Shown: in pieces, positions 60,908-64,000 of the stretch
How the letters are laid out: each line of letters begins with the position of its first letter
Numbering within the stretch: position 1 is the first letter of the stretch
Assembly (NCBI RefSeq): GCF_006345805.1
Contig: NC_043006.1
Coordinates: 50,902,001-50,966,000, forward strand
Direction: 5' to 3'
Length of the DNA stretch: 64,000 bases
Source: Octopus sinensis
Taxonomy: Eukaryota
Position numbers and translations under genes: made by a program
The notes under the pieces: model-generated
Databases searched by the model: none
Seen by the model: the letters and a program-made list of their open reading frames with translations, nothing else
Told to the model about the DNA's origin: nothing

Positions 60908-63466
60908 GTAAGTACCTATACACCATTCTCTAGGTTTTGTAGATTTTTTGAAATATCATGAAATAAATCAGAACTCTTACATAAGCAGTAAATCAGTATT
61001 GTGTTGTAAGGTGAACATAGGCGATCGAATCTACTTCGTGTTTCTGGTTTTAGTTTAGTTTATCGTCTTCAGCGCGACGCGAACTCATGACACAGATACG
61101 TCAAAAGATTGTTATTTAAAATGTTATTTAAAATATTAAATCCGACGAAGTAGTGCCCATACAATTAAAGAACTACCATGTTATAATGTCATTGATTTTC
61201 AGTGAACTGACAGAATCGTTAGAACATCGGATAAAATGTCTTGCAGTATTTGTTCCGGTACTTTGCATTCGGAGTTAAAATATCACTGATGTTGTCCTTC
61301 TGGGGTCGATAGAATATAGTGTCGGTCAAAGACTGGGGTCACTTTAGCGACTACTGTACAGCAAGCACAAACTCCAAGGGGCACAACACTTGCAGTATTT
61401 GTAAAGCTGAGTCAATATGATCCCTTCGCAAAAATGTTGTATCATCAGGTCCCATCCGACTTTACACGAAGAAAGTAACGGAAATGAAGAAAGCAGCATG
61501 CCTCTGTTAGTGGCCAATTTGATATAAATTTTGAGAGTGCTGTCAGAAGAGAGTATATTGTACTCCTCGTGAATGTTTCTTTCTCCAATTTTGCTATAAT
61601 ATGCATAGTTCGAATAGTCAATGGCGGAGTATACAACATTTACAGAGAGCCATTGCTGAGATTTCTGGTAAATGTTGTCCAAGATGCTGCTGCATAATTA
61701 AAAACTTTTATATCTTATGCAGCTAAGAATCATAGGGTTTTTTCACGATGCCGTTGAAATGCTGTGAACCGTGTAGTTTGTCTCAGCTTTAACCTGCCGA
61801 AGATTTCAGACATCAAACTCAGTAGATATACTCCAATGTGGAAGTAGACTATAAAGAGGAAATCAACCAATCAAGTCTTATCGACAAGCTTAAAGATATG
61901 AATGGCCAAGAAGTGAAAAAATACGACTTTCTCAACTTAGATCAATATTCTGTGCTACCTCTAATCGCCTGGGTTTCAAGTTGTCTTCGAACATGAGAGA
62001 CAAACTTTTGAAGATCAACTATCTAGTTATTTGTTAAACATTTGTTACCAGTTGGAGAAAGAAAATCTTCTACAATAAGTAATGACGTCATAGACCCAAT
62101 CTCTGTAAAGGCAGCAACTCATTATCTAACACATTAGTGGCTGAGCGGGGGGAAATAAGTCTTGACCAATGACATCAACGGCTACGTTTATAGAAGCTTT
62201 TAGAAAATAATCGTATCTGTAAATCAATAGACATTATTGCGCATCAGGAACAAATAACTCACTGTGCAGTAGAATTCTAAAACTCATTGGAAGCTTGAGG
62301 TTTACAGCTGCATAGACTTCTGTTAAAAGATCTCCAACAATGGCGCTATCTAATTTAGATAAACTGCAGTCATACAGTAACACCAGATTAATGGTTAAGA
62401 AGTTTATACCAAATGGCTATCCATATTGATGGATGCACTAAAGATGAAGCAAATTATGCTCAGCATTCCACTCAAACTAACTAATGTATTTCGATTTAGA
62501 AAACTTCAGTTTCCACCAGAACATTTAAGCTTTGCAGTTCTATTTAGAAGATGAGGAACTATGTATATTATTTACATTATTTACATTCGACGGATATTTG
62601 TCCTCATCTTGTTTGTTGTTAACACCAAACAAGACGAGGACAAATATCCTTCGAAAGTAAATAATGCAAATAATGTGAATAATGTATCTAAGCTTTGCTA
62701 TGTCAATAAATAAATCACGAGAATAAGTATAAAGTTGTGGGTGGCATTTTGAGGAATACAGCTTTGTCAGTGTAGGTAAGTCAATTGTCTCATTTTTTAT
62801 AATGATCTAAGTGAAACCAAATCATTGTGCTTCCCGAGGCAATGTTCAGAATTGCCAGAACTGTTATAGGTAAAGTCCCGAAATATAGTTTAATTGTTCA
62901 TCACAACTTTTATAATCATTGCTTTTTCACTACACGTACTGTAGTTTAGACGTTTATATGTGTCGGTTTCTACACGTTCTAAAAAGGATAATTTTCTTGG
63001 GCAATTTACCATCCGACACTCCGCTTCCCACTAACCTTCCAAATTACTTTAGCCGATATGCTTAATAATTGTTTCAAATGTAATGAAACAGTATTTACAT
63101 TTATTTAATCATATGATCTCATCTACTAAGCTAGAATTAGATATAAAAATCTATTCAATGAAACTACAAAATATACTGTTAATACTGAGTAGCACATGTA
63201 GCAGATAATAGTTATCTTTAAGCATATTAGAAAGCATTTCTTTATATTGCAAAAACCTAATTTTTCCACAAAAATCTAGTAGTTTTGCATTAAACCTAAA
63301 ACATCTTAATCAGTTAAAAATTCTGGGATATTTATAATTACTTTCAATTAATGACTTGTCTCTTCTGACAGTTTTGTTGCACTGACCAATTTTGAAAATA
63401 CCTGTTACTTTATACAAAACGCAAAGATATGTCTCATAATTACCACTATATTATTATATATTTCAG

Positions 63467-64000
63467 TGCATGCTAAACCTGTCACCACAGTAACACAGAG
63501 TGTATCTGAACCAAACACCACAGCAACATACAATGAACTAGCAAAGCACGCAGTTCCAGTTGAAGCGCCAGCAGCTCTCGGGCACAGTTACCCCGAAGTT
63601 GCACCTCCAGACCTCAAAAAAGATCTTGACAATGATCTAGCTGCAGCCGCTGTTCCAGTTGAGGCCACCGTAAAGCGTCTTGCTGATGTTGCACCTGCAG
63701 CCGCCCCACATAACGTCGCCAATGTTGCACCTTCAGCCCTCGCAAAACATCATGACAATGATCTAGCTGCAGCCGCTGTTCCCGTTCAGGCCCCCGCAAG
63801 CGATCATGCCGAAGCTGTAGCAGTTGAGGCCCCCGCAAGCAATCCTGCCAAAGCTGTAGCACTTGAGGCCCCCGCAAGCGATTTTGCCAAAGCTGTAGCA
63901 CTTGAGGCCCCCGCAAGTGATCATGCCGAAGCTGTAGCACTTGAGGCCCCCGCAAGCGATTTTGCCAAAGCTGTAGCACTTGAGGCCCCCGCAAGTGATC
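63467..64000 (+). CDS. Long coding exon of a secreted Ala/Pro/Val/Asp-rich tandem-repeat protein (3' end outside window)
   Basis: Acceptor TATATTTCAG. Open frame HAKPVTTVTQSVSEPNTTATYNELAKHAVPVEAPAALGHSYPEVAPPDLKKDLDNDLAAAAVPVEATVKRLADVAPAAAPHNVANVAPSALAKHHDNDLAAAAVPVQAPASDHAEAVAVEAPASNPAKAVALEAPASDFAKAVALEAPASDHAEAVALEAPASDFAKAVALEAPASD; GC-rich against an AT-rich background; missed by the ORF track because it has no ATG. Confidence 0.85.
63790..64000 (+). repeat. Coding 39-bp (13-aa) tandem repeat, at least 5.4 units
   Basis: Unit GCCCCCGCAAGYGATYWTGCCRAAGCTGTAGCACTTGAG recurs at 63790, 63829, 63868, 63907, 63946 and 63985. Confidence 0.95.

Noticed and set aside
61344-61682. 112-aa minus-strand ORF with faint Tc1/mariner-like words (QQWLSVNVV)
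   Set aside because: No DDE/D motif or TIR could be confirmed by eye
62852-62870. Alternative first exon MFRIARTVI with donor AG|GTAAAG
   Set aside because: No hydrophobic signal peptide; 60856-60907 fits much better, though minor alternative use is not excluded
63614-63994. Minus-strand ORF MRGPQVLQL... and a Cys-rich alternative frame (ITCGGLKCYSFG)
   Set aside because: Shadow frames of the plus-strand 39-bp repeat; the plus frame has a matching acceptor, signal-peptide exon and promoter

Overview
AT-rich, microsatellite- and retroposon-dense animal genomic DNA. The SINE/LINE repertoire suggests an octopus-type cephalopod (inference). The ORF track is almost entirely microsatellite or shadow noise. 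Reading splice sites by hand gives three coding features. (1) A complete 12-exon gene on the minus strand (ATG 26957 to stop 7710, 1005 nt, 334 aa, all GT-AG, phases consistent) encodes a secreted, monofunctional PHM-type copper monooxygenase-fold protein. It keeps the CuM ligands but has His-to-Arg at a CuH ligand and has lost the peptidylglycine-binding residues, so it is probably not a normal amidating enzyme. (2) A plus-strand gene (TATA/Inr at about 54.8 kb, signal-peptide exon at 60.9 kb, long exon from 63467 running off the window) encodes a secreted Ala/Pro/Val-rich protein with 13-aa tandem repeats. (3) A likely paralogous Ala/Pro/Val exon lies at 46590-46720. The rest is repeats: several tRNA-derived SINE families, R4/Dong-like RLE LINE 3' fragments sitting in (AAT)n tracts, RTE, Penelope (GIY-YIG), mariner, maT, pogo-like MITE, Helitron/Helentron-like non-autonomous elements and foldback palindromes. 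There are also several hammerhead-ribozyme motifs, some apparently intact, in tandem or inverted repeat units. No CRISPR, rRNA or bona fide tRNA gene is supported.
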